Notes: generated by a model not told the origin, from the sequence alone. A stretch of 49,590 nt of DNA from an uncultured bacterium (GCA_964388535.1 CAYMBA010000001.1:15602-65191), one strand, 5' to 3'. Counted from the first letter of the stretch, positions 10,307 through 20,855 are shown. Numbers and translations are program-made.

Positions 10307-10855
10307 TCAGGGCGCAGCCCCTTCTTCCGCAGCCCCACCCGCAGCAGCACCGGAGCGCTCTATTTCGCGCAGTCGCCTCCGCAGCAGACTCCTGCGCATG
10401 GCAGAGAGGTGATCCACAAAGAGCTTACCGTCGAGGTGGTCAATCTCATGCTGGACCACCCTGGCCATAATGCCGGTCATTTCCTCCTGGCGCTCCTTGC
10501 CCTCGGGATCCACGTATGCAACAAGGATCCTCGCCGGACGCCTGACGTCTGCATAGACACCCGGGATGCTCAGACACCCCTCCTCGCGCACCTCACTGCC
10601 GGAGTACTCCAGCACCTCCGGGTTGACAAGGGCCAGCTTCCTCGTGCCTGGCTCATCCAAAGGCGTGGGATCCACGACCACCACCCGCAGCAGCGTATCA
10701 ACCTGAGGAGCCGCCAGGCCTATGCCAGGGGCCTCGTACATCGTATCGAAAAGGTCTGTTATGAGAGCGGCTACTTCGCCGTCGACCTCACGCACCGGGC
10801 CGGCCACCTTCCTGAGGCTCGGGTGACCGTATACTATGATCCTCCGTGTAGACAT
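10307..10855 (-). CDS. def: Peptide deformylase
   Basis: GIGLAAPQ, EGCLS, QHEIDHLDG. Start moved to MSTRRII. Confidence 0.96.
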   Translation of the reverse strand: MSTRRIIVYGHPSLRKVAGPVREVDGEVAALITDLFDTMYEAPGIGLAAPQVDTLLRVVVVDPTPLDEPGTRKLALVNPEVLEYSGSEVREEGCLSIPGVYADVRRPARILVAYVDPEGKERQEEMTGIMARVVQHEIDHLDGKLFVDHLSAMRRSLLRRRLREIERSGAAAGGAAEEGAAP

Positions 10856-10874
10856 CTGGCTCCCTCGCACAGAA

Positions 10875-11801
10875 TCACGGCTCACCGCCCAGGAATCTCT
10901 CGGCGTCGATTGCGGCCATGCACCCGGACCCAGCCGCCGAGATCGCCTGGCGGTACCGCGGGTCGGCCACGTCGCCGGCCGCAAAGACCCCACGGACACT
11001 GGTTCTGGTTGAGTGGGGTTCGGTAACGATGTAGCCGACCTCGTTCACCTCTAGCTTTCCCTTGAAAGGATCCGTGTTGGGCTTATGTCCAATTGCAATG
11101 AACACGCCGTCGCACGGAAACTCCGTCTTCTCCCCGGTCTTGACGTTCTTCAAGACCACGGCGGTGACTTTCTTCTTCTCCACGTCCTTTATCTCGTCGA
11201 CGACCGAGTTCCAGATGAACTCTATCTTCTCGTTCGCCTTCGCCTTCTCCTGCATGTACTTCGAAGCGCGAAGCTCGTCACGCCTGTGAACGATGCTTAC
11301 CTTCGATGCAAAGCGTGTCAGGAAGATGGCATCCTCGAGTGCCGTGTCACCGCCGCCCACTACCACCACGTGCCTATCCTGGAAGAAGAACCCATCACAA
11401 GTCGCACATGCACTCACCCCGGCGCCGCGAAGCGCCGTCTCGGACTCCAGACCCAGCCAGCGCGCGGAGGCCCCGGTCGCTATGATGAGAGCCTCACACT
11501 CGATCTCCTTTCCCCCGCTGGCACGGAGCTTGAACGGCCTTCCCGAGAGATCCACGTCGGTGATTTCGGTCTGAAGGAAGCGGGCCCCAAAGCGCTCAGC
11601 CTGCTTCCTGAAGCGGTCCATGAGCTCAGGACCCTGGATCCCCTCCGGGAAGCCTGGGAAGTTCTCCACATCCGTCGTGATCATCAACTGCCCGCCGGGC
11701 TCGGTTCCCTCGACGACTAGTGGCTCCAGCTGCGCACGCCCGGTGTATATGGCTGCAGTCAGCCCCGCTGGACCTGACCCCAGGATGACCACCTTCTCCA
11801 T
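10875..11801 (-). CDS. trxB: Thioredoxin-disulfide reductase
   Basis: GSGPAG, CATCDG, GGGDTA, HRRDELRA, AAGDV. Start MEKVVILG. Confidence 0.97.
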   Translation of the reverse strand: MEKVVILGSGPAGLTAAIYTGRAQLEPLVVEGTEPGGQLMITTDVENFPGFPEGIQGPELMDRFRKQAERFGARFLQTEITDVDLSGRPFKLRASGGKEIECEALIIATGASARWLGLESETALRGAGVSACATCDGFFFQDRHVVVVGGGDTALEDAIFLTRFASKVSIVHRRDELRASKYMQEKAKANEKIEFIWNSVVDEIKDVEKKKVTAVVLKNVKTGEKTEFPCDGVFIAIGHKPNTDPFKGKLEVNEVGYIVTEPHSTRTSVRGVFAAGDVADPRYRQAISAAGSGCMAAIDAERFLGGEP

Positions 11802-11838
11802 TCCTCTCCCCCCGTAGTTGCTCAACCCTGCATCCCAC

Positions 11839-13773
11839 TCAAACGCGCCGCGGCTTGCGGCGAGTCCCGGTCTCCACTCTCTCGACCCCGAGCATGAACC
11901 GCTCAACGCTCGATGCGATCGAAGAGGCGTCGAGTCCTACCAACCGCAGCAGCTCGGTTCGGGTTCCATGCTCGATGAACCGATCGGGAAGTGACAAGCG
12001 CAGGAACCGAGCCCTCGGACCGTCCGGCTTCATAGAAGCAAGCCCTGCGGCTACTAGATCACCCAGTCCGCCCCGCGGTGCATTCTCTTCTATCGCCACC
12101 AGAACTGGCTCTCTCAACAAGTGCGACAGCATGTTGGAGTCGATGGGGCGCAAGAATCTGGCGTTTACGACTCCCAGCCGAATGCCCCGTTCTCCCAGGA
12201 TCTCGGAGGCCTCAAGTGCTGCCTGAACCATGGTGCCAGTGGCCACTATGGTGCCCTGGGGACCCTCTCGCAGACGCTCCCAGGAGCCAAGGCGTACGGG
12301 CTCAGGCTCGTGGGCCAGGGCATCTTCATCGGGAACCTCTGCCCTCGGGTAGCGGAGCGCGAAGGGACCCGAGTCATATTCGAGTGCCGTAAGAAGAATA
12401 TCGCGCAACTCCTTGCCGTTTCTGGGGATGGCTATCACCATTCCCGGGACCGAAGATAGATAGGAAAGATCGAACGCTCCATGGTGGGTCGCGCCGTCCT
12501 CACCTACCAGTCCTGCCCTATCCAAACAGAAGATCACCGGCAGTCTCTGAAGCGCTATGTCATGGATCAGCTGGTCGTATGCCCTCTGGAGGAAGGTCGA
12601 GTATATGGCGACTACTGGCCGGAGACCTTGAGTCGCCAGCCCTCCAGCAAATGTAACCGCATGGCCTTCGGCAATCCCGACATCGAAGAACCGCGAAGGG
12701 AAACGCTCTGCAAAGGGCGCAAGCCCAGTGCCGTCGCACATGGCCGCCGTTATGGCCACCATCCGCGGGAAGCGCTCTGCGAGCTCCACCATCGTCTCGC
12801 CAAAGATCTTCGTATACGTGAAGCGCTCAGGCTCTGGCTCGCTCTTGCCACTCTCAGCCCTGATCGGGGGAATGCCATGGTATTTCCGCGGGTTCGACTC
12901 GGCATCCGCGAGGCCCTTTCCCTTCTGGGTGACGACGTGAACGAGGACCGGGCCGCGCATCGAGCGAACCCTCTCGAAGACAGAGATCAACCTCTTCAGG
13001 TCATGGCCGTCCAGGGGACCCAGATAGCGGAAGCCGAGGTTCTCGAAGAAAAGCCCGGGTGTGATGAGCCCCTTCAGGCTCTCTTCGATCTTCCGGACGG
13101 CCTGCCGCACTGCCGAGGTGACTTTGGGCAGCCGGCCTGTCAGGTCCCAGACATCCTTCTTTACCCTCTCATACAGCGGATGGGTGATGATCTCGGTGAG
13201 ATGCCTCGAGAGCCCGCCCACGGTCGGGGAGATGGACATCCGGTTGTCGTTCAGAACCACGATGAGATCCCTGTCCGAACCTCCGGCCTTATCCAAGCCT
13301 TCGAGTGCCAGCCCACCGGAGAGGCCCCCATCACCTATCACCGCAACAACCTTGAAATCCTCGCCACGCAGATCACGCGCCGTCGCAATGCCGAGGGCGG
13401 CGGAAATGGAAGTACTGGCGTGCCCTGCGCCGAAAGGATCGTGGGCACTCTCGGTGCGCTTGCAGAAGCCGCTCAGACCTCCCATCTGGCGTAAGTGCCT
13501 GAAGGCTTCCCTCCTGCCGGTCAGGATCTTGTGCGCATAGCACTGGTGCCCCACATCCCAGACGATCTTATCCCTGGGAGACCGAAACACCCTGTGAAGG
13601 GCCACGGTCAGCTCGACGACCCCAAGACTCGGAGCCAGGTGCCCACCCGTTCGCTTGACGGTCTCTATGATGTAAGAGCGAATCTCCCTGCACAGATCCT
13701 GCAGATCCTGAAGAGGCAGCTCACGCAGGTCCCCTGGCCCGTCTATGTGGCTCAGCAGCCGATATCCTTCCAC
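11839..13773 (-). CDS. dxs: 1-deoxy-D-xylulose-5-phosphate synthase
   Basis: GGHLAPSLG, WDVGHQ, GDGG...NDN TPP motif, GIAEGHA, YSTFLQR, DGATH. Probable GTG start at 13773. Confidence 0.96.
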   Translation of the reverse strand: MEGYRLLSHIDGPGDLRELPLQDLQDLCREIRSYIIETVKRTGGHLAPSLGVVELTVALHRVFRSPRDKIVWDVGHQCYAHKILTGRREAFRHLRQMGGLSGFCKRTESAHDPFGAGHASTSISAALGIATARDLRGEDFKVVAVIGDGGLSGGLALEGLDKAGGSDRDLIVVLNDNRMSISPTVGGLSRHLTEIITHPLYERVKKDVWDLTGRLPKVTSAVRQAVRKIEESLKGLITPGLFFENLGFRYLGPLDGHDLKRLISVFERVRSMRGPVLVHVVTQKGKGLADAESNPRKYHGIPPIRAESGKSEPEPERFTYTKIFGETMVELAERFPRMVAITAAMCDGTGLAPFAERFPSRFFDVGIAEGHAVTFAGGLATQGLRPVVAIYSTFLQRAYDQLIHDIALQRLPVIFCLDRAGLVGEDGATHHGAFDLSYLSSVPGMVIAIPRNGKELRDILLTALEYDSGPFALRYPRAEVPDEDALAHEPEPVRLGSWERLREGPQGTIVATGTMVQAALEASEILGERGIRLGVVNARFLRPIDSNMLSHLLREPVLVAIEENAPRGGLGDLVAAGLASMKPDGPRARFLRLSLPDRFIEHGTRTELLRLVGLDASSIASSVERFMLGVERVETGTRRKPRRV

Positions 13774-13870
13774 TTCTGTGCCCTCCCGGGCCCCTTGGGG
13801 CCCTGCTCGCCACGCGAGAGCGCGGTCATACGATCCGCGCTCGCCCGCAAGCACGGTCTGCAATCCACGC

Positions 13871-13900
13871 AGGCTATTCCCGGGTGTACATCCCTGTCAA
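13871..13900 (-). promoter_or_regulatory. Putative sigma70 promoter for dxs-trxB-def
   Basis: Minus strand TTGACA, 18-nt spacer, TAGCCT. Confidence 0.4.
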
Positions 13901-14097
13901 GCCGCACCCGCCTAGGCCTTTGCTGTGCTCCGGTTCCGAGCGACTTGGATAGGCCCTCGCACAATCTGTATTCTGCTCGGGTTCCGTGCGCTGGGCGGGA
14001 GCGGTTGCATGGAGAGGCGCCCGACTGCACCGAGGATCTGTGCCCGGCGCGGCGCAGGGCAGGCAGCCTGGCCTGCTCCTTGGTTTCGGGGGTGGAT

Positions 14098-14988
14098 GTG
14101 CCGTATAAGGGCGAGCTCTATTCGCTGCTCACAGCTTTGCTGTGGGCCAACTCAGTGGTGCTCTTCCGCATGAGCGGAAGGCATCTAGCTCCTCTTGCCC
14201 TCAATCTGTTCAAGAATGTAGTCGGCACAGCCTTACTAGCTATCACAACCTTGGCCCTCGGCCATTCGCTGCTTCCCCATGCGCCCCTCAGGGAGTACGT
14301 GCTTCTGGTGGCAAGCGGTGCTGTGGGCGTGGCGCTGGCGGACACGTTCTTCTTCAGGAGCCTGAACATCCTGGGTGCTGGCCTCTCATCGATCGTAGGC
14401 TTCCTGTACAGCCCGTTCGTGATCGCTTTCTCCATGATGCTGTTGGGCGAGCGTCTGAGCTTCGGAGATGCCACCGGCGGCCTCCTCATCCTGGCGGCCG
14501 TCCTCCTCTCCTCGAAACATGCCCCACCCAAGGATGTCAGCCGCGCCGAGATGATGCGCGGGCTCATCGAGGGCGCGGTTTCGATGGCACTGATGGCACT
14601 CGGTGTCGTCATGACCAAGCCCGTCCTCGACCGATCGAGCGCACCACTCGTCTGGATAACGACCCTGAGAATGCTGAGCGGGACACTGAGCCTGGCCGTC
14701 ATCTGTAGAGTGGCGCCCTCGCTGCGCTGGACGTGGGAAGCCTTCAAGCCGTCTGCAGCATGGCGGATCACACTTCCATCGGCGTTCCTGGGATCCTACA
14801 TTGCTGTGGTGGTCTGGCTGGCAGGGATGAAGTACACCACCGCGAGTGCAGCTTCACTGCTCAACCAGATGAGCGCAATCTTCATCCTTCCGCTGGCCTC
14901 GCTGTTTCTCCAGGAGCCGATAACACGGCGCAAGGCGGTGGCAATTGCGATAGCACTCGCGGGCATTGTACTGGTCACCTTCTGGTAG
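14098..14988 (+). CDS. DMT/EamA family transporter
   Basis: About 10 hydrophobic helices in two repeats ending LGERLS and LQEPIT. The N-terminal extension in the ORF track is an antisense shadow of dxs. Confidence 0.88.
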   Translation: MPYKGELYSLLTALLWANSVVLFRMSGRHLAPLALNLFKNVVGTALLAITTLALGHSLLPHAPLREYVLLVASGAVGVALADTFFFRSLNILGAGLSSIVGFLYSPFVIAFSMMLLGERLSFGDATGGLLILAAVLLSSKHAPPKDVSRAEMMRGLIEGAVSMALMALGVVMTKPVLDRSSAPLVWITTLRMLSGTLSLAVICRVAPSLRWTWEAFKPSAAWRITLPSAFLGSYIAVVVWLAGMKYTTASAASLLNQMSAIFILPLASLFLQEPITRRKAVAIAIALAGIVLVTFW

Positions 14989-15018
14989 GGTGCTTTGCAT
15001 AGGGCGAGGAGGGAAACC

Positions 15019-15681
15019 ATGAAGAGAATAGGTGTCATCCTGAGCGGATGCGGTGTCAAAGACGGAAGCGAGATCCACGAAGCCACTCTCACCCTCTATT
15101 ACATCTATGCGAAGGGAGCAGAAGCAGTCTGCATGAGCCCCGATGCCCCCCAGGCGGCGGTCGTCGACCATAGGACGGGCAAGGAGACCGGTGAGAAGCG
15201 AAACATGCTGACCGAGGCTGCCAGGATCGCACGCGGCGAGATCCTCCCTCTGAAGTCGGTCAAAGAGGCCGACCTAGACGGCCTCCTGCTGCCCGGCGGC
15301 TTCGGGGCTGCGATGAACCTCTGCACATATGCGCAGAAAGGCCGCCAGATGGAGGTGCGAGCGGACGTTGCATCGCTTCTGGAAGCGGTCCATCGCGCCG
15401 GTAAGCCCATCGGAGCAATCTGCATCGCCCCCGTGCTGGTGGCAGCGGTATTTGGTCGCATGGGCATTCCCGTGGAGGTCACGGTCGGGAACGATGCTTC
15501 CGTAGCAGCAGACATCGAGTCCTTCGGCGCCCGGCACGTAGAGAAGCCGGTGCACGAGGCCCATGTGGATGAAGCCCACAAGATCGCTACTGCGCCGGCC
15601 TACATGCTCGGCCAGAACATCGCCGAGATAGCGCCCGGCATCGAGAGGGTGGTAGAGGCTGTGCTGAGGATGGCCTCATAG
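15019..15681 (+). CDS. elbB: DJ-1/PfpI family glyoxalase ElbB
   Basis: LSGCGVKDGSEIHE, EAARIARG, PGGFGAA, GAICIAP, TAPAYML. RBS GAGGAGG. Confidence 0.93.
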   Translation: MKRIGVILSGCGVKDGSEIHEATLTLYYIYAKGAEAVCMSPDAPQAAVVDHRTGKETGEKRNMLTEAARIARGEILPLKSVKEADLDGLLLPGGFGAAMNLCTYAQKGRQMEVRADVASLLEAVHRAGKPIGAICIAPVLVAAVFGRMGIPVEVTVGNDASVAADIESFGARHVEKPVHEAHVDEAHKIATAPAYMLGQNIAEIAPGIERVVEAVLRMAS

Positions 15682-15699
15682 CCCTCAGGCCGAAGGAAC

Positions 15700-17421
15700 A
15701 TGGATCAGGCACAGACAGCCCAGTACCTCAGGCGGGCAGCACTGGCCTCCTACCTGAGGGACGGCCCGAACACATTGGCATCGGAGCTGAGGCGGACGGC
15801 GGCGGCGATCCGCAGGATGGATGCCCACACCTGGGAAGCGTGGCTGGCCGGCACCGCCGGTGCCGATATGCGGGTCCCCAAATGGCTGGCCGCCGAGGTG
15901 AGATCGCTGGCCCGGGAAGGCCTCTCGCCGCGCATTGACGAGCTCATGGCAGCCGTGCCACCGGGGCTCTTCGACCTCGTAAGACTGCGGGGCCTGAACG
16001 AAGAGCGGGTCCGCAGGCTCTGGAAGGACCTCGGTGTCATCTCCATAAACCAGCTCGACAGGGCCATCCGGAGGGGCCGGCTGGACGACCATGAGCGCTT
16101 CGGGCCGCAGATGGCTCGCCGGCTTGCCGATGCCATAGCCAAGCTCCACAAAGCCCGCGGCTACAGGCTGCGCAAGGAAGCTCTCGCGCAGGCGGAACGC
16201 CGGGAGGAGGAACTGCGCCAAACGAAGGGCCTGCTTCGGTTGCAACGAGCTGGAGAGCTACGCCGAGGCAACGAGCTCGTGGGTGCACTGGTGTGGGTGG
16301 CCGAAGCCGAGGACCCAAACGCCGTGCTGGGGAGGCTGGGAACAATCGATGAGGGCGCCCTGGACCCCCCGGGGGTGCCGGACCGGGTGCTGCTCTATCC
16401 GGAAGACGGACTGCCGGAAGAGGTCGTCGTCGTCGACCCGAGGCGCTTCCCCGCGAGGCTGTTTCTCGAGACCGGCAGCAGAGCCCATGTGAGGCTGGTA
16501 CTGTCTCGGCTCGCAAGATCTGGGCTGGCTTACGCCGACGGCGGGGGTGAAGGCAGCAGAATCTCATGGTTGCCCGCCTCTGAGGAGGAGATCTACCGGA
16601 AGGCCGGGCTCCAGTTCGTTCCGCCCGAGCTTCGCGAGGCCCGCGGTGAAATCGGTGCTGCCGCCTCGGGCACCCTGCCCCGCCTGCTCGAGGCCGAGCA
16701 GATCCGCGGTGCCATACACATCCATTCGCGGTGGAGCGACGGGAAGGCCACAATCGAAGAGATCGTGCGCGAGGCAATCGACCTTGGATGGTCGTACGTG
16801 GGGATTGCCGATCACTCGAAGGCCGCCTTCTACGCCGGCGGGCTCAGTGCCGAGGACCTCTTGCGGCAAGCCAAGGAAATCCACTCGCTCAGGAAGGCAT
16901 ACCCACAGATAAGAATCTTCCACGGCGTTGAATGCGACATCCTGCCCGACGGCTCGCTCGACTACACAGAAGAAGAGATGGAGCACCTGGATTTCGTCAT
17001 CGTCTCGGTGCACAGCGCAACGGCAATGGCCCCGGATGCGATGACGGAGAGGATAATCAAGGCCATCGAACACCCGCGCGCCAACATACTGGCCCACCCC
17101 TCGGGCCGCCTCCTCCTGGAGCGGGGGCCGATAAGGGCCGACTGGGAAAGAATCCTTGATGCAGCGGCAAGTCATGGGGTGGCCATAGAGTTCAACACCG
17201 TTCCCCGCCGCCTCGACTTGGACTGGAGACTGATCCGCACGGCCACACGCAAGGGTGTCAAGATAATGCTCAACCCCGATGCGCACGACCTGGCTGGCAT
17301 GCACAGTGTCTATGACGGGCTCCCAACAGCGAGGAAGGGGTGGCTGACAGCGGAGCAAACACTGAATGCGCTCGATGCAGAGCGCCTGGAGGCTTTCTTC
17401 CAAAATGGCACGACGGCTTAG
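15700..17421 (+). CDS. polX: PolX-PHP family protein; PHP nuclease motifs intact, polymerase site degenerate
   Basis: HhH region, AGELRRG, ETGS, PPELRE. PHP motifs HIHS-x-WSDG, ADHS, GVECD, SVHS, AHP, DAH. Confidence 0.88.
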   Translation: MDQAQTAQYLRRAALASYLRDGPNTLASELRRTAAAIRRMDAHTWEAWLAGTAGADMRVPKWLAAEVRSLAREGLSPRIDELMAAVPPGLFDLVRLRGLNEERVRRLWKDLGVISINQLDRAIRRGRLDDHERFGPQMARRLADAIAKLHKARGYRLRKEALAQAERREEELRQTKGLLRLQRAGELRRGNELVGALVWVAEAEDPNAVLGRLGTIDEGALDPPGVPDRVLLYPEDGLPEEVVVVDPRRFPARLFLETGSRAHVRLVLSRLARSGLAYADGGGEGSRISWLPASEEEIYRKAGLQFVPPELREARGEIGAAASGTLPRLLEAEQIRGAIHIHSRWSDGKATIEEIVREAIDLGWSYVGIADHSKAAFYAGGLSAEDLLRQAKEIHSLRKAYPQIRIFHGVECDILPDGSLDYTEEEMEHLDFVIVSVHSATAMAPDAMTERIIKAIEHPRANILAHPSGRLLLERGPIRADWERILDAAASHGVAIEFNTVPRRLDLDWRLIRTATRKGVKIMLNPDAHDLAGMHSVYDGLPTARKGWLTAEQTLNALDAERLEAFFQNGTTA

Positions 17422-18130
17422 GACCGAAACAAGGCGTAAGAAGACTCAGGGTGCTGAGTGCCCGAAGGCCGATCCCTCGGCCGACCTCGAGGCTCGCAAG
17501 AAAAAAGTCCGCTCCATCATCCGCATCTTGAAGCGGCTCTATCCAGAGGCGGGATGTACCCTGGACCATAGGGATCCCTTTCAGCTCTATGTCTCTACGG
17601 TCCTCTCGGCCCAGTGCACGGACGAGCGCGTCAACCAGGTCACACCGAAGCTCTTCAAGCGCTTCCCCAGCCCAGAGGCGCTCGCAGCAGCTCCGCTCTC
17701 CGAAATCGAGGAGATCATCAGGCCCACCGGCTTCTTCAGGAACAAGGCAAAGAACATAAAGGCTGGCGCAAGGGTCATTGCTGAGCAGTTCGGGGGCAAG
17801 ATGCCCCGGACCATGGAAGAGTTGCTGAAGATTCCCGGCACCGGGCGGAAAACGGCCAATGTGATACTCGGCGACGGATTTGGGATACCGGGGATCGTGG
17901 TTGACACGCATGTGAAGCGGCTCTCGAAGAGACTGGGTCTGACCAAACACACCGATCCGGTCAAGATAGAGGCCGATCTGTGCGCTGTGATCCCCAAGAG
18001 CCAGTGGATCGCGATCGGGCATCTTTTCATGTACCACGGAAGGGCGGTCTGTACGGCAAGGAAACCGGCGTGCGACCACTGCGCGCTGAGGAAGCACTGC
18101 CAGGCCTACGCCGCAGGTGAAGTTCCATAG
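17405..18130 (+). CDS. nth: Endonuclease III
   Basis: LSAQCTD, HhH PGTGRKTANV, VDTHV, 4Fe-4S motif C-x6-C-x2-C-x5-C. Confidence 0.96.
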   Translation: MARRLRTETRRKKTQGAECPKADPSADLEARKKKVRSIIRILKRLYPEAGCTLDHRDPFQLYVSTVLSAQCTDERVNQVTPKLFKRFPSPEALAAAPLSEIEEIIRPTGFFRNKAKNIKAGARVIAEQFGGKMPRTMEELLKIPGTGRKTANVILGDGFGIPGIVVDTHVKRLSKRLGLTKHTDPVKIEADLCAVIPKSQWIAIGHLFMYHGRAVCTARKPACDHCALRKHCQAYAAGEVP

Positions 18131-18207
18131 GGTGGATTCACGCCGGAGGGGCACCCCGGCCGTCCCAGGGGGTGGCCCCGCTTGGAGCAGCGGGCCCGAC
18201 CACTCTC

Positions 18208-19074
18208 CTACCCCCCCGATGCCCCCTGCGCCGATGGGACCCCAGATGGTTCCTGCACCCCAGACATCACCTTGGTTTGCAGCAAGGCCAGCTTGCGCTT
18301 CACCTCCTCCAGATCGATCTCTGAGTTCCGGCAGGGCCCTTCCGGCCGCCTGTTGGGAATGCCTATCACAGGCACCTGGGGCCCCACCTCGAGGATGCCC
18401 GCCACGAGGTCCCTCTCGCATGCAACTGCAAGCACCCCCGAAGGCGCACAGCGCCTCACCTCGAAGCGCGCCTCCTCCCCGCCAACCACGACTGCGACAC
18501 AGACGCCGGCCTCGGCCGCCAGCGCCTTGACAGCCTTCATGAGCGGGGCCTTCAGACAACGGGGGGCGAGCAGGAGTACGGGCGCGGCTGACCGGGGCGT
18601 ATGGGCTGCCTCTACCAGCCCGTTCGAGACGTGCACGAAGGAGTGACCCAGCCTGTCGCGGTCGATTCGGAAGAACCCCGCAAGCGAGCGGGCCGCAGAC
18701 CAGCTGGCGGCCGAAAGCCGCAGCAGCCGGCTGGCGAGCGACCAGGGAAGCCGCAGGCCCCAGAGGGCAGCCCGCAAGAGCGCTACGGGCAAGAGCAAAG
18801 AGAGCACGAAGAAGCTGCCTATCACCCTCAGGATGCTGGTGCTCACCCCAAGGGCCGCCAGCCTCGGAGCAGCAAGCCACAGCAGGAGAATCAACGCGGC
18901 AGCAGCGGTCAGCGAAAGCAGAAGCGCAATCAGAAGGTATGTGCCCGGGCCGTCGGTTGGCTGCGAGAGGGGCATCCCGGGACGCCAGTCGGCCCACTCG
19001 TCGCCGAGATAGCGCGGCCTGGGGTCTTCCACCCGGGCGGCCCCTCCGGCTTCAGCAGGGCTCTTGGCTGACAC
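18208..19074 (-). CDS. DUF116 family membrane protein
   Basis: N-terminal TM helices, APRCL, AVACERDL, GPCRN. RBS AGGAGG. Confidence 0.8.
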   Translation of the reverse strand: MSAKSPAEAGGAARVEDPRPRYLGDEWADWRPGMPLSQPTDGPGTYLLIALLLSLTAAAALILLLWLAAPRLAALGVSTSILRVIGSFFVLSLLLPVALLRAALWGLRLPWSLASRLLRLSAASWSAARSLAGFFRIDRDRLGHSFVHVSNGLVEAAHTPRSAAPVLLLAPRCLKAPLMKAVKALAAEAGVCVAVVVGGEEARFEVRRCAPSGVLAVACERDLVAGILEVGPQVPVIGIPNRRPEGPCRNSEIDLEEVKRKLALLQTKVMSGVQEPSGVPSAQGASGG

Positions 19075-19150
19075 GCTCCGCCTCCTGCGGATACAACACT
19101 ATTGCAATCGCCACCTCGGGCGCACCGTTGGCCGGGAGCTCCGGCGGGCC

Positions 19151-19375
19151 CTAGACGCTGACGACTTCCTCGATCTCAGGGAACGCCTGCTTGAGCACCC
19201 TCTCCACACCGAGGCGCAACGTCATTACCGCCATGGGGCATGTGCCGCACGCCCCCTTCAGCCGCACGAACACCTTGCTGTCCTTGACATCGATCAGCTC
19301 GATGCCGCCGCCGTGCGAAGCCAGGGCCGGCCTGATCTGCTTCTCGATCAGCTCCTCGATTGCAGCGCGGTCCAT
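19151..19375 (-). CDS. NifU C-terminal domain Fe-S carrier protein
   Basis: IRPALASHGGGIEL, GACGTCP. 74 aa from MDRAAIEE with RBS GGAGG. Confidence 0.92.
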   Translation of the reverse strand: MDRAAIEELIEKQIRPALASHGGGIELIDVKDSKVFVRLKGACGTCPMAVMTLRLGVERVLKQAFPEIEEVVSV

Positions 19376-19605
19376 CGTTCCTCCGTCAATCCACGAAGAG
19401 AAGCCTCTCCGCAGGATACCCGCATAGTGGAACATGCGGGGGCCACTCGCCGCAAGCACCATAGGACCACCGCCGGGTTCCCGTTCTGTGCCTTGGTCGT
19501 ACCAGCAGGTTGCAGCTTCGCATCCAACTACGCTAAGATCTTCCGCTTGCCTTGCCAAGGCGGGCTTGTCGACCTGGGTTTGGTGCAAAACGGGAGATTC
19601 GAGAC

Positions 19606-20736
19606 ATGGCAGACAAAAAAGCAGATCTCGCCGGTCCCGGCATCGGTGACTATGCGGAGGTGGAGAAGATCCTCCCCAACGATTACGAGCCGCTGCTGGA
19701 CAAGAAGGAAACGCAGCTCGCCATAAGCGCGCTGAAGGACTTCATCATGGACGGGCTGTGCAAGGAACTGAACCTCATCAAGACGGAGGTGCCGCTCATA
19801 GTCGACGCCGAAAGCGGAGTTAACGACTATCTCGACCGCGATGGTTCCAGGACCCCCATCCAGTTCCACATCTCGAACGACAACGACAAGAACCCCATCG
19901 AAGCACAGATCGTCCAGGCCGCGACGAAGTGGAAGAGGATGGCGCTCGCGCAGTTCGGCATGGACGTCGGCGAAGGAATCATCACCGACATGCGCGCCGT
20001 GCGTAAGGACTACTTCCTCGACCACGACCACAGCGCCTATGTAGACCAGTGGGACTGGGAGAAGGTCATCACAGAGAAGGAACGCAACCTAGACTACCTG
20101 AAGGAGACGGTGCTTAAGATCTGGAAGGTGCTCAAGGGCGCCGAGCGCTTCATCCAGAAGGAATTCCCGAAGCTCAAGACGGACAAGTACCCCGACCTGC
20201 CCGAGGAACTTGAGTTCTTCCACGCCGAGGACATCCTGGACCGCTATCCCGACTTACCAAGGAAGGCCAGGGAAACCGAGATGCTCAAGGAGCATCCGGC
20301 GATCTTCATCATAGGCATCGGATGGCCTCTCAAGGACGGCTACCCGCACGAGCTGCGGGCTGCCGACTACGACGACTGGATCACCGAGACGACCAGCGAG
20401 GACGGCCGGCCCATGCACGGGCTCAACGGGGACATCCTCGTATGGAATCCGGTGACCAGACGCCGGCACGAACTAACCTCCATGGGGATCCGCGTGAACG
20501 CCGAGACGCTCAAGAAGCAGCTCGAGATGACCGGTCAGCTCGACTTCCTCAAGATGCCCTACCACCAGGCAATCGTGAACGGGGAGATCCCCCTCAGTAT
20601 CGGTGGAGGCATTGGTCAGTCGCGCACCGTCATGCTCCTCTTGAGGAAGGCACATCTGGGCGAGGTGAGCGTCACGGTCTGGCCGAAGATCCTCAAGGAG
20701 ATGTGTGCCAAGAGGAACATCCACGTGCTCGAGTAG
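19606..20736 (+). CDS. asnA: Aspartate--ammonia ligase
   Basis: KWKR, MRAVRKD, HSAYVDQWDWEKVI, RAADYDDW, LNGDI, SMGIRV, SIGGGIGQSR. Confidence 0.95.
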   Translation: MADKKADLAGPGIGDYAEVEKILPNDYEPLLDKKETQLAISALKDFIMDGLCKELNLIKTEVPLIVDAESGVNDYLDRDGSRTPIQFHISNDNDKNPIEAQIVQAATKWKRMALAQFGMDVGEGIITDMRAVRKDYFLDHDHSAYVDQWDWEKVITEKERNLDYLKETVLKIWKVLKGAERFIQKEFPKLKTDKYPDLPEELEFFHAEDILDRYPDLPRKARETEMLKEHPAIFIIGIGWPLKDGYPHELRAADYDDWITETTSEDGRPMHGLNGDILVWNPVTRRRHELTSMGIRVNAETLKKQLEMTGQLDFLKMPYHQAIVNGEIPLSIGGGIGQSRTVMLLLRKAHLGEVSVTVWPKILKEMCAKRNIHVLE

Positions 20737-20769
20737 CGAAGCGTAATGCGATAGGAGGCAGTCAGGCGG

Positions 20770-20797
20770 GCCGGGGTCCGTAGTGGGCCCCGGCTTT
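20770..20797 (+). terminator. Putative intrinsic terminator after asnA
   Basis: GCCGGGGTCC-gtagt-GGGCCCCGGC hairpin followed by a short T run, between convergent genes. Confidence 0.55.
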
Positions 20798-20855
20798 CGC
20801 ATCCCGGGCGGGACTCAAGCCGCCATCGGCGCGCAAGGAACCGCCGGCCCGGCCC

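Noticed and set aside
17270-18997. 575-aa minus-strand ORF and similar long alternative-frame ORFs (2928-4211, 5314-6762, 7393-8448, 12481-13494, 27221-28498)
   Set aside because: All overlap well-supported genes and show no recognisable domains
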